From Epithemia pelagica (lineage: Eukaryota; Protista; Bacillariophyta): a stretch of DNA of 64,000 nucleotides. Both the position numbers and the translations under genes were made by a program. Positions 1 to 11,034 of the stretch are shown one piece after another; the stretch's first letter is position 1, and every line of letters begins with the position of its first letter. The stretch spans positions 2,356,001 through 2,420,000 of the forward strand of contig OX337233.1 of the NCBI GenBank assembly GCA_946965045.2, written 5' to 3'. The notes beneath the pieces are model-generated. The model was not told where the DNA came from. It ran no database searches and saw nothing but the letters and a program-made list of their open reading frames with translations.

Positions 1-389
1 CTTGCCGTCGCGATGCACAGATCCTCTTCCAATAACGCGTTCATCAAGGTGCTCTTCCCCATATTGGGCGCCCCAAGAACAACCACAAAACCACATCGAT
101 ATCCCTCATGGGGACTCCCCTTCATACGTCCACTGTAGTCAAAGGAATCGTCCAGAGTCGATAGGAGAGAATCCAAAGGTGGTGATGGTGGTGGTGAATT
201 TCCGTCGTCGGCATCTCGAGACGATGCACGATGCAGGAAAACCTGGTGGTGATGCCAAAATTCTTTCGGTCTTGGTAAGGCAAAATTCGCAAACGCCAAT
301 GCACCGGGCACGAGTTCGAGGTGGAATTTCACCGTCAGGAAAAATGCAAGCCAGCAAAGGTTTGACAGCTCTCGAGGACGAAATGCCAT
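1..389 (-). CDS. era: Era-family GTPase, 5' part (runs off the left edge), probably plastid-targeted
   Basis: Manual translation of the minus strand from ATG at 389: MAFRPRELSNLCWLAFFLTVKFHLELVPGALAFANFALPR...YRCGFVVVLGAPNMGKSTLMNALLEEDLCIATA. GFVxxxGxPNxGKSTLxNAL is the Era G1 region. The signal peptide ends in ALA-F, like a diatom ASAFAP motif. Not listed in the ORF track because it is truncated. Confidence 0.88.
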   Translation of the reverse strand, partial: MAFRPRELSNLCWLAFFLTVKFHLELVPGALAFANFALPRPKEFWHHHQVFLHRASSRDADDGNSPPPSPPLDSLLSTLDDSFDYSGRMKGSPHEGYRCGFVVVLGAPNMGKSTLMNALLEEDLCIATA

Positions 390-944
390 TGTTTCAATCG
401 ATTCTACAGTCGACAGAGGAAATTAACATCACACCTTCGTGATTTTGATGTTGATGACGATGAAAAAGAATTTGAAACTGTGGTCAGACATAATCGAAGT
501 TCGCTGCAGATGTCTTGAAATCTTACCAACGCTGTGGCAGCGATCGGGGATCGGGCTTGCTTGGCAAAGAGCGTGCGCCTTGCAGGTTGCAGGGCGCCGG
601 ATGCGTTGAGTCGTTTTGGTCGCCCCAAAAAGATCGCGTCCGTTGAAAACAAAAATGAGTAGTTAAACTATGTCCTATACGAATTTTAGTACTCAACGCA
701 ACAAATGATTCAGTGTGGCTCAGAAAGTAGGCGCGCCACAAAGTCCAACTCCCGCCAACGCCCCTGTTTCACGAAGGACCCCTTGTTTCGTGGATTTGTC
801 ATAGTCTCGTTTGGATCTCCACAAGGCGAAGAAGCAGGAGGAAGAGGTTCAACACTGTTGCGGACTCAACCGACCTTTTCATTCTCCTCGACTCAACGAC
901 ATCGTTCATACATCTATAGCGAGAAAGAGAAAGTAAACCTCACC

Positions 945-3900
945 ATGGCAGGGGTTCCTTTGACCTTTAGCGAGGCTCTCAACGTAAGTCACAATGACGG
1001 TCGGTCTGCATCTTTGGTGGTCTGTGGTTTTGTACGGTGGCTACGGTACTTCTACACGAAGTGAAACGAATAACCGTTTGAAGATACGGCGGCGAGAAAA
1101 TGATTTTGAAAAATGATCGGAAGCACATGGTGTTGGTCATGATGTTACCTCTATCTCATTGATACAAACAATGTGTATAAGAGCCGATTTGAGGAACAAG
1201 TCATTGCTTTTCTCTTTGTTGATACTACTGCAGTAAACACGAACAAAGACCGTCTTTGGATGCATTTTCGTCACTCTTCCAGGTTTCGAACTCACTGGTC
1301 CTTTTCTTCCCTTGACGTCTTTTGATCATGCATATCTATAGCTCCAACAATTGGGCGTCCCTGAGGCGAGCATCAAGCATGGCTTGACTTCTATGGAATC
1401 CGACAAATGGATCATTTGTGTGGAACCAAGTCAAGTGACGATGGTGGATCTTCAAAACGGTGCACAAGTTTCACGCCGTCCTATTCAAGCTGAGGCCGCC
1501 GTGATGAATCCCACACAGAACATCCTAGCTCTTCGCAGTGGCACAACGGTGCAAATCTTCAATCTCGACGCTAAGGCCAAAATCAAGGCTCACAACATGC
1601 CAGAACCTTTGGTATTTTGGAAGTGGACAAGTCCGACCAATATTGGTCTCGTAACTGCCACCTCGGTCTACCATTGGGCGTTGGACAATGCTGACCCTCC
1701 CAAGAAAATGTTTGATCGTTTGGACAAGCTTGGTCCCAACACGCAGATTATCAACTACCGCGTATCTCCCGACGGAAAGTGGTGCCTCCTCGGTGGAATT
1801 AGTGCTGGTGCTGGTGGTAGCGTGGATGGAAACATGCAGCTCTATTCGATTGAAAAGTCGGTTTCTCAGCATCTCACTGGCCATGCTGCTGCCTTCGCTA
1901 CCATCAAACTTCCTGGACGGGAAGATATGGCACAAGTGCTTGTCTTTCATGGAAAGACTGCGGGATCCACTGAACCTCCCAAGTTCTTTGTGCGAGAAAT
2001 CGGACGTGATCCGTCAAAAGGACCTGCCTTTGGAATCCAACCGGCTAATATTCCCCTTGCGCCCGATATGGCAGGTGATTTCCCTGTTAGTCTTGCGGTT
2101 GACCCGAAAAATGACTTGGCATTCTTGTTGACCAAGATGGGTTATTGCTTCATGTTTGATATTCACTCTGGGAAGACTGTCTACCGTGCCAGAGTTACTC
2201 AAGAAACAATCTTTGTCACTTGTGCTCAAGAAAGTACGGGTGCCATTTTTGGAATCACGGTGCGAAGGGGTGCCGTCTTCCGATTGCAGCTCAACGGACA
2301 GACCCTTGTTCCTTACATTCTGAACACCCTCCGTGATAACGACTTGGCCATCAAACTCGCTGGGCGTCTCAATTTGCCTGGAGCCGAGTCCCTTTTTGCT
2401 GCTGAGTTTGAGCGCCTCATGTCGCAAGGAAATATCTCTGAAGCTGCCCGCGTTGTTGCCGCTTCTGGAAATGCCCTTCGTACGCCGGCCACCATGGCTC
2501 GATTCCAACAAATCCCAGCTCAACCAGGACAAGTTCCTCCTCTTCTCCAATATTTCTCTGTCCTTTTGGAAAGTGGTCGTTTGAACGAGCAAGAATCCAT
2601 TGAGGTGGCCAAGCCTGTCTTGCAGCAAAACCGTCTTCCTCTCATGGAAAAGTGGTTAAAGGACGACAAGTTGCAGGCATCTGAGGCCCTTGGTGATCTC
2701 ATCATGCCCCATGATGTTGGAATGGCTCTTTCTGTCTACCTACGTGCTGAATGCCACGCTAAGGCGATTCAGTGCTTCGTGCAACGTGGCGAATACGACA
2801 AGATTGTCCCCTATTCTACCAGTGTTGGTTTCAAGATGGACTTTACCTCCATGTTGAACCAGCTTTTGTTCAACAACCCCCAGGGTGCTCTTGATTTGGC
2901 CAAGGGTTTGGTGAATGCCGAAGGAGGCCCCATGATTGATATCCAGGCCACGGCCGAAGCTTTCTTGAGCAGCAACCGTGTTCAGGAGACGACGGCATTT
3001 TTGCTTGAGGCCCTGAAGGACAACAAGTCAGAACATGCCTACCTCCAGACGAAGCTTCTCGAGATCAACTTGATTGGAGGTGCTCCTCAAGTCGCCGATG
3101 CTATCATGCAACAGGGAATTCTCACGCACTATGACCGCGCTCACATTGGAAAGCTGTGCGAACGTGCCGGCATGTGGCAGCGTGCCGCCGAGCACTACAC
3201 CGAGATCAACGACATTAAACGCGTCTTCAAGAACAGTCATCAAATGAATCCTGAGTTCGTTGTCTCCTACTTTGGCAAGTTGAATCGCGATCAGTCGATC
3301 ATGTTGCTCAAGGACATGATGGGCAGGGGACCACAGAACATGCAGGTCTGCGTCGAGGTGGCCAAGAAGTATCATGACGAGTTGGGATCTGAAGAATTGG
3401 TTGCCGTCTTTGAATCGGCCCGTGCCACCGAAGGTCTCTACTATTACTTGGGAGCTGTTGTCAACACATCCGAAGATCCATACGTTCATTTCAAGTACAT
3501 CCAGGCGTCGTGTATGCTTGGTCAGTTCAAGGAAGCTGAGCGCGTCTGTCGCGACTCCAACATCTATGTTCCTGAAGAAGTCAAGAACTACCTTAAATCT
3601 GCTAAGCTTCCTGATCCCCGTCCCTTGATTCACGTGTGTGATCGTCACGATTATGTCGACGAGCTCACTGAATACCTCTACTTGAACTCGCTGCTCCAAT
3701 ACATCGAGGTTTACGTCACGAAAGTCTCTCCCACCAAGACTCCTATGGTCGTCGGAAAGCTCTTTGATCTTGGTGCCAATGAGGACTTCGTCAAGCGTAT
3801 TTTGATGGCTGTCGGTACGGCGTGTCCCGTTGACGAGCTCGTGGAAATTGCTGAGACAAGGAACCGTCTTCGATTGTTGCAACCCTGGCTCGAAGCCCGT

Positions 3901-6495
3901 GTCGCCACCGGAAGCACTGAGCCTGGAACTCACAACGCTCTTGGAAAGATCTACATCACTCTCAACCGTGACCCCAAGTCCTTCCTTCTCAACAATATGT
4001 TCTATGACCCCAAGGTCCTTGGTCCATACTGCGAATCTTTGGATCCCCAATTGGCCTTTATTGCCTACAAGAAGGGAGCTGGTGAATGTGACGAGCAATT
4101 GATCAAGGTCAGTCACGATCATGGCCTTTACCGCGATTTGGCGCAATATCTTGTGGAACGACAGGACCTTGATCTTTGGGCGAAGGTTCTTACACCTGAA
4201 GAAGGGAAGGAGAACGAAGAAGATCCCCAACGCCGCCAACTCATCGACCAGGTCGTGGAATGGGCTCTCCCCGAGAGTACCAACGCGGACGAAGTTTCAT
4301 GCACTGTCAAGGCGTTCATGGCTGCTGACTTGCCCAGTGAACTCATCAACTTGCTCGAACGAATTGTTCTTCAAGGCTCCGACTTCTCCGACAACAAGAA
4401 TCTCCAGAATCTCCTCATTCTGACTGCCATTCGCGCTGATAGCACCCGTGTCGCTGGCTACATTGACCAGCTTGACAATTTCGACGCGAAGGACATTGCG
4501 CTTATCTGTTTGTCTGAGAGCCACATGTTGTATGAGGAGGGTTTCAACATCTATGTCAAGTTTTCTAAGCCCGAGCACACACAGGATAAGGATGAACAGG
4601 TTGAAATGCATGTTCTCGCCGTCGGTGTACTTGTTGATTGTATGAAGGATCTCGACCGAGCTAAGACTTACGCGACTCAGTGTGATGAAAAGCCTGTGTG
4701 GTCCAAGTTGGGTAAAGCCCAACTCGAGAACAAATTCCCTGCCGAAGCGATCGAGTCCTTCATTAATGCCGATGATCCGTCAGAATATGTGCAAGTTTGC
4801 GCCGAAGCAAATGAAGCCGAGATCTGGGCCAACCTTATTCCTTACCTCAAGATGGCTCGCAAGACAATGCAGGAGAATCTCATCGATACGGAACTCATTT
4901 ATGCCTTCGCCAAGACGAATAATTTGACAGAGATGGAGCAATTCGTCACGGGACCGAACGTCGCCAATATTCAAGCCATCGGAGACCGTTGTTTCTCCGA
5001 GGGATTGTACCAGGCCGCCAAGATCTTGTTTATTAGCATCAACAACAACTCGAAGTTGGCACTGTGTCACATTCACTTGGAAGAATACAGAGAAGCTGTG
5101 GAAGCGGCAAAGAAGGCGAACAATGTTTCCACTTGGAAACAAGTATGCTTTGCCTGTTTGCGTGCCGAAGAGTTCCGTTTGGCTGCCACATGTGGTCTTG
5201 AGGTTATCAAGTATCCTGATCATGTGGACGAGGTGGTAACCTACTACTCTGATCTTGGATATTTCGATCACCTTATCTCTCTGTTTGAACAAGGCATCGG
5301 ATTGGAAGACGCTCACGTCGGTATCTTTACCGAGCTTGGAATTCTGTACACCAAGCATGTGCCGGAGAAGGTGATGGATCATTGCAAGGTGTTCTTCAGC
5401 AAGCTCAATGTCTCGAAGGTCGTCCGTGCTTGCGAGCGTGCTCGTTTGTTCCAACCTGCAGTTTACCTATACATGCAAGACAAACAGCATGATAATGCCG
5501 TGAAGACGATGATGGAGCGAGCGCCTGCCTGGTCGAACGATTTGTTTTTGGACTCGATCACCAAGGTGCGAAATGCCGAACTCATGTACAAGGCCGTTAG
5601 TCACTACTTGTCTTTCCACCCGACGATTTTCACGAGACTGATGGAAGTTATGGAAGAGAACATCGACCATAGTCGCGTTGTAAGCATTCTCAAGCGCACA
5701 GGTGACTGGGCGTTGCAGGTTGCTGTTCCTTACATGAAGTCTGTTCAAAAATACAACCTCAGTGTTGTTAATGAAACTCTTCATGAATTGTACATTGAGG
5801 AAGAAGATTATGAGGCTTTGCGATCATCGATCGAGAAGTTCAACAACTTCAATATGATTGCGCTCGCATCGAAGCTTGCTAGCCATGAACTCCTGGAATT
5901 CCGTCGTATTTCGGCTTACGTTTACCGATGCAACCAAAAATGGAGTCAATCGATTGAACTTTCCAAGAACGATCGCATGTGGAAAGACTCGATCGACACT
6001 GCCAACGAATCTGGTGACGACGAAATCATTGAAAACCTTCTTCGATTCTTCTGTGACACATCCGAGAAGGAATGCTTCTGTGCCGCTCTTTACACATGCT
6101 TTGAACACATTCCCGCTGATATTGCTATCGAGCTTGGATGGATTAACGGATACCACAATTTTATTATGCCGTTCATTATCCAGACATTCCGCCGAACTCA
6201 CAGCCGCTTGAAGACATTGGAAGAACGCACGGCCCCACCAAAGGAAGAAGATGCCCAACACGAAGTTGCACAGACGTATTCTCAACTAGGAGGAATGGCT
6301 GGAGGAATGCTCATGTTGGAGAACCAGCCGTCTATGATGCCAGGTGCGATGCCTATGCCCGGTGCCACTGGAGGAATTGACATGTCTGGTTTCGCACAAA
6401 ATGGAGGCATGCCTCAACCAGGAATGATGCCGAACGGTGGCATGCCACAAATGGACGGAGGAATGCCGCAAATGGGTATGATGCCACAAATGTAG
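945..6495 (+). CDS. CHC: Clathrin heavy chain
   Basis: Exon 1 945-983 (MAGVPLTFSEALN), intron 984-1341 (GTAAGT...TATAG), then a 1714-aa ORF. It has the terminal-domain motifs (RRPIQAEAAVMNP, FWKW), CHCR repeats (LIHVCDRHDYV, RRISAYVY) and an MP-rich tail. Confidence 0.98.
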
Positions 6496-6760
6496 AATGA
6501 AGAGAATTGCAATATGGAAACATCACCACAAACACCTATCATAAAATTATTATAGCACCACGATATTAATATTGACGTACACAAAAGCTATTTCTGAAGG
6601 ATACGTGCCTGACCTACCATTTCTAGTTCACGTTATAAAATGGGTGAAGAATCTGGACTATAGACCTGGTCATCATCTCGATAAGAGTGGCCGAGGAATC
6701 ATCTAATATTGGATTGGCTTCAAGGCTGAACATGGCATGATGCAGAAAAAGGGATTCTCT

Positions 6761-6812
6761 CAGCATGTATATCCATATGAGCGAGTCAGCATGCATATCC
6801 AGATGAGCGAGT
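6761..6812. repeat. 26-bp imperfect tandem duplication downstream of the ALG14 stop
   Basis: cagcatgtatatccatatgagcgagt / cagcatgcatatccagatgagcgagt (2 mismatches). Confidence 0.8.
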
Positions 6813-6817
6813 GGTGA

Positions 6818-7519
6818 CTATGTCTTTTGTTGTTTATGCTGCGAAACAAACTGAGAGGAGAGAATGCTAGAAGGATATTTTTGATGCAGTTCTTCCCAGT
6901 GTACAACAAACAAGTCTGCTATCCAATACATAATCTTCCCCGTCAAGCTGAGCGTTTCCACACGGCAAAATGATTCAACAAAGACAATGGAACAAGCAGG
7001 GAATAAGCCAAAGATCCTTCCCATGACAAGCGCTACCATAGCAATAGGTAGACAAGTTCCCGGTCCATTGCAGAGCACTAACTGGGGGCGTTGTTTCAAC
7101 ATGAAATGTACACATGCCGACAGTGCGTATAAGGTCGTAAAGACACTGGAAAAGTAAGATTGCCCAACTTCTCTAGATCGAGGAATATCGAATACTTCGA
7201 CTGAATCGGGATTGTGTCCGGCTTTCTTCATGCGCATGACGGAAGTCGAGTCGGAGTTGGCCTTAACAAACACAAAAGGATGATACATCTTATTATCCAA
7301 CGGCTGGATCATGCTCAACATCTCCGTCGTATGGCCACCCGATCCCAATACCACCATTGTCTTGAGGGGCGTTGTTGTCGGCTCTTGCTGAGATTGAACT
7401 AAACTCAATCCTTGCCATGATTTGCACCTTTTCCGTCGAGAGTCTTGAACCTGGAGAGCGACATGGATAATGCGCAACAGAATCCATGTGCACGTGGATA
7501 TCAAGACAAGAACTATCAT
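6818..7519 (-). CDS. ALG14: UDP-GlcNAc transferase subunit ALG14
   Basis: N-terminal TM (MIVLVLISTCTWILLRII), TMVVLGSGGHTTEML, IPRSREVGQSY, LCNGPGTCLPI, FVESFCRVETLSLTGKI. The first in-frame ATG is at 7519; the ORF track uses a GTG at 7603. Confidence 0.93.
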   Translation of the reverse strand: MIVLVLISTCTWILLRIIHVALQVQDSRRKRCKSWQGLSLVQSQQEPTTTPLKTMVVLGSGGHTTEMLSMIQPLDNKMYHPFVFVKANSDSTSVMRMKKAGHNPDSVEVFDIPRSREVGQSYFSSVFTTLYALSACVHFMLKQRPQLVLCNGPGTCLPIAMVALVMGRIFGLFPACSIVFVESFCRVETLSLTGKIMYWIADLFVVHWEELHQKYPSSILSSQFVSQHKQQKT

Positions 7520-7663
7520 CTTACCGACAACATGGTTGCTAATTGCTAGTGCCGTTGTTGTGACGGTTGGAAATCGGGACTCAATGATTTCGCTTTTGGT
7601 CACGTTAAATGCGTCATCAATGGATCTGCACAGCTTTCCTATTTCCTAATTGCTGAACCGACC

Positions 7664-8811
7664 ATGGCGGCCTCGTCGGACGAAAACGCAGCTGCTTCAG
7701 CGAAGCAGCAAGCAGCATCACGGGGTCAAATACCTATTGTGTGTCCTGGACACACAAGGCCTTTAGCGGAAGTTCAGTTTTGTCACGTCAAGGAAGAGAA
7801 TCGAACCTTTCTTGTCTCTGCATGTCACGGTACGAATTGTTTTGGTTGGCTTTGCGTGGAAGACTTTCATCTCATTGTCTTTTGTGCGTCCTTATATTTC
7901 GATTTCTAGATAGACTTCCGATGCTTCGTGATGGGACAACTGGTGATTGGATCGGCACCTTTGTGGGTCACAAGGGGGCCGTTTGGAGCTGTCGAATGGA
8001 TCCGACAGGGTACTTGGCGGCAACAGCCAGTGGTGATTTCTCCGTTCAAGTATGGGATGCAATCACGGGAAAGTCATGGCGAACACTATCACACTCTCAT
8101 ATTGTCAAAACTGTAGATTTTTCCCCGAACTCCGAACATATTGTTACTGGTGGACACGAAGGTTTGGTGCGAATATTTGATTTGACAATGGAAGATGAAT
8201 CCGTAGCGGCCTCCCCAAAGTTGGAATTTTCCATTATGGATGAGTCAAATGAGAAAAAGGTTGTCATCACCAAAGCAAACTGGCTATCAAATACGGTATT
8301 GTTGGTGGGTGGAAATGACGGAAAGGTGCGATGCTTCGACATTACCCAACAAGAAGCCGGCAAGCCGGGGGTTCCAGCCTATGTCTTGGAAACAAAGTCC
8401 AAATCGGAAATCCGGGATATGGAACTTCTTCAGTCTAGTTCTACGAATACGTTCCCGGCCAACAGTGCATTTTCTAAGTCTCCTTCGATCTTGACAGTTG
8501 CCGCAGGTGACACTGTCTATTTCTTTGGTGGTTTGGAACCATCGTCCACCTCATCCTTGTTGAAGGCGCACAAAATGCCAATTCACTTTAGAGACGAAGG
8601 AGGGGCATCTTTGCATCCCAATGGGACCAGATTTGTGGCGGGTGGATCTGATCTTTGGGTCCGAGTATTTGATTTTGAAACAGGACAAGAACTAGAATGT
8701 CTCAAGGGCCATCACGGTCCCATTCGGTGTTTGCGCTATGCACCCCCGAATGGAAAGTTGTTTGCATCTGGTTCCGAAGATGGGACCATTCGACTTTGGA
8801 AAACAACCTAG
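7664..8811 (+). CDS. STRAP: WD40 protein STRAP/UNRIP (serine-threonine kinase receptor-associated protein)
   Basis: Exon 1 7664-7829, intron 7830-7909. Joined sequence IPIVCPGHTRPL...LVSACH|DRLPMLRDGTTGDWIGTFVGHKGAVW matches the STRAP N-terminus. WD40 repeats continue to GSEDGTIRLW. Confidence 0.92.
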
Positions 8812-9073
8812 ATATAAATCTGAGTTAGATCATTAGTTGCTTGGTCGTTCCCCAATTCTTTACAAAATTGATCATGAGGTTGTAATGAGTATTTCCTTTC
8901 ATATGGCCCCGCAAGTGCACGGTGTGAACGTACCCTCTTCGTAGAAGATTTTTTTGCGCCTCCATCGAAAACCGGAAGCATAGAAGGGAGAAAGAAAATG
9001 TGAGAATGACAAGTGGCCCCAAAGTGCAATATCTTTCTCAGATGGACGCGCAATCGGAAAAAAGATATCAATT

Positions 9074-10036
9074 TCAGCGAAAGGTGGGTTGAATAACCAC
9101 GGCATATATTTGTGGCCGTTGACATTGATTGGGCAAGGACAAGGACGCAGAAGCAGCCACGGTTTTCTGAAAACTACCAATCTCACCGCCACTAAAGAGT
9201 TCCATCGAAAAGTATCGACCCCGCTCGGCATCATCATCCATTATCGAATAGTTCTCATTGACACCCATCACAAATTCATTTTCTATATTGTGTTGTGTGA
9301 TTGTGTCCTTGGCCACTGTCCACGACAGATCATGGGAACACGCCTTGGAAAAAGGTGGTGGGGAAGAAGGATGGAAGGAGCCACCCGATAAGTAAGAACC
9401 AATATAATAATCCTTGACTTGATCCAAACCTTGTGCAGCAATTGTCCCATTCGAGAATTGAATAATGGCATCGGATCGAAAATACTGATCCATAATTTTG
9501 CAAACTTTGGTGGGTTGGCAATTGACCCTAACTATACTGTCCAGCATGGAAGACAAGACCAACGATCCAATGTCCGATGCTTCCTCTTTGGTTTTGAAGC
9601 AAGAAACATCCTCGATCGGAGAAGGGGGTGTCGTTGGTTTGTCTCCAGAAGCAGGCTTGGGTTTCTTTGTTGACACTGATTTTGGTGTTGATGGTCTTGG
9701 TTTCTTTCTGTACTGTTCGTCTTTTTTGTCCTTTTTCCCAGAGTGCGACTTGATATATTTCACGTAGAAGGATGAATTTCTCCAGCCTTTCTTGCCATAG
9801 TCCGAACTGGAATCCTTTGATTTAAATGACTTGGATTTTATGGCTCGAGTATAGGAATGGGAGACTACACTTGCCTCACTTGCAGAACTGGTTTGGAAAA
9901 AATCCTCCAGCTCAAAGGTCTCGCGGTTCGTTTCCATGTTGCTGCTAGGATCATCCAATTCACCCGTGCCGTTCACCGCAGTAAATAGGACAAGCCAACA
10001 GTAGATTGAAACATGCATTGCTCGAACCATGGTCAA
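9074..10036 (-). CDS. Secreted hypothetical protein: Lys/Ser-rich region, Pro-rich linker, possible SnoaL/NTF2-like C-terminal domain
   Basis: 320-aa ORF with a hydrophobic signal peptide (VSIYCWLVLFTAVNG), KSKSFKSK/KKDKK clusters and MDQYFRSDAIIQF...QGLDQVKDYY. Confidence 0.7.
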   Translation of the reverse strand: MTMVRAMHVSIYCWLVLFTAVNGTGELDDPSSNMETNRETFELEDFFQTSSASEASVVSHSYTRAIKSKSFKSKDSSSDYGKKGWRNSSFYVKYIKSHSGKKDKKDEQYRKKPRPSTPKSVSTKKPKPASGDKPTTPPSPIEDVSCFKTKEEASDIGSLVLSSMLDSIVRVNCQPTKVCKIMDQYFRSDAIIQFSNGTIAAQGLDQVKDYYIGSYLSGGSFHPSSPPPFSKACSHDLSWTVAKDTITQHNIENEFVMGVNENYSIMDDDAERGRYFSMELFSGGEIGSFQKTVAASASLSLPNQCQRPQIYAVVIQPTFR

Positions 10037-11034
10037 AGCCGGTCTGCAACAAAAGGAAAAAGGAAGCCAGATGCCAGATAAACCTTATAAAAACGTGAAG
10101 GTGAGCGCGGATACGAGTATCGTTCGAAAAGGATATCATGCCCGACGGGCGCGACAAAATGCGCGCGCAAAGCCGATCCTGCCTCGATACCCCTACCATT
10201 ATTCTTAGAAGGACCACAAGGTTTCCCCCGGACCCTACGAATTACTTTGAAATGGATTCTTCCTCCAATTCCGCCCTTCGAACAAAACCGAGCATTCGTA
10301 AGGTCTGAAGCGAACTTTTTTCCGAGATGTTTATTGGGGATGAGGGTCATCGGTCATCGTTCTTCGTGTCTGTGACTCCAATCCCACATCCAGAATTTGG
10401 AGTCGATAGCCTACTACCTACAATAGCTGACATATCTCCAGTTGGTGTTTCGGATGAGTTACCTTCACACTCTCTCTCATAGTTCAACAGCCCCAGAAAC
10501 CCGAACCCGGTGAGATCAACAACGAAGTCCCATACCTGACAGGCGGACGGACGAAGCAGCGTACGATCCACGTTCTGCGTCTACGTGGTTGCTGGTTTGA
10601 TTTTCGCCGAGGGGTTGGAAATTTCGTCCATCGAGAAGAGGGTATCCCCCAGCGGGGGTGAGTGAGTCCCGCAGGCCTCAGTCGGGAAAAAGCTGCACTC
10701 TGAGAGGAGTCCAACACTAGGTGCGACTGACCGGGTTGCCCCTTCTTGGGGGTAGAGAGGAGGGGGATACAATAGAAAACAATACCCACCGGAAAATAAT
10801 GGCAAGCGAGACACAAACTGCTTGCACCTTGCACGATTACACACGGCGGAACCTTAAGCCTTGGATAGTTTCAGTTACTCGCTTGTGTTCCACCGACCAA
10901 CAGATTGGAAAAGGTCATCTCATCATCGTGAACAAGAAAACAACAGCGAAGTAGCACAGCAAGCCAGTCTTAAGAGCAAAGGACTGAACGCAATGGTCGT
11001 TTGTTGAATCGACAATCCAAGAATTGAATCCAAA

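Noticed and set aside
2-442. 146-aa plus-strand ORF in the track
   Set aside because: It is antisense to the Era GTPase frame on the minus strand, which carries a clear P-loop motif
984-1341. Unusually long clathrin intron as a possible snoRNA host
   Set aside because: No convincing box C (RTGATGA) and box D (CTGA) pair or H/ACA structure seen
3028-6285. Long antisense ORFs (403, 224, 153 aa) within clathrin; similar ones in ICL, DLST and the TPR gene
   Set aside because: Expected shadows of codon-biased sense genes, with no protein-like motifs
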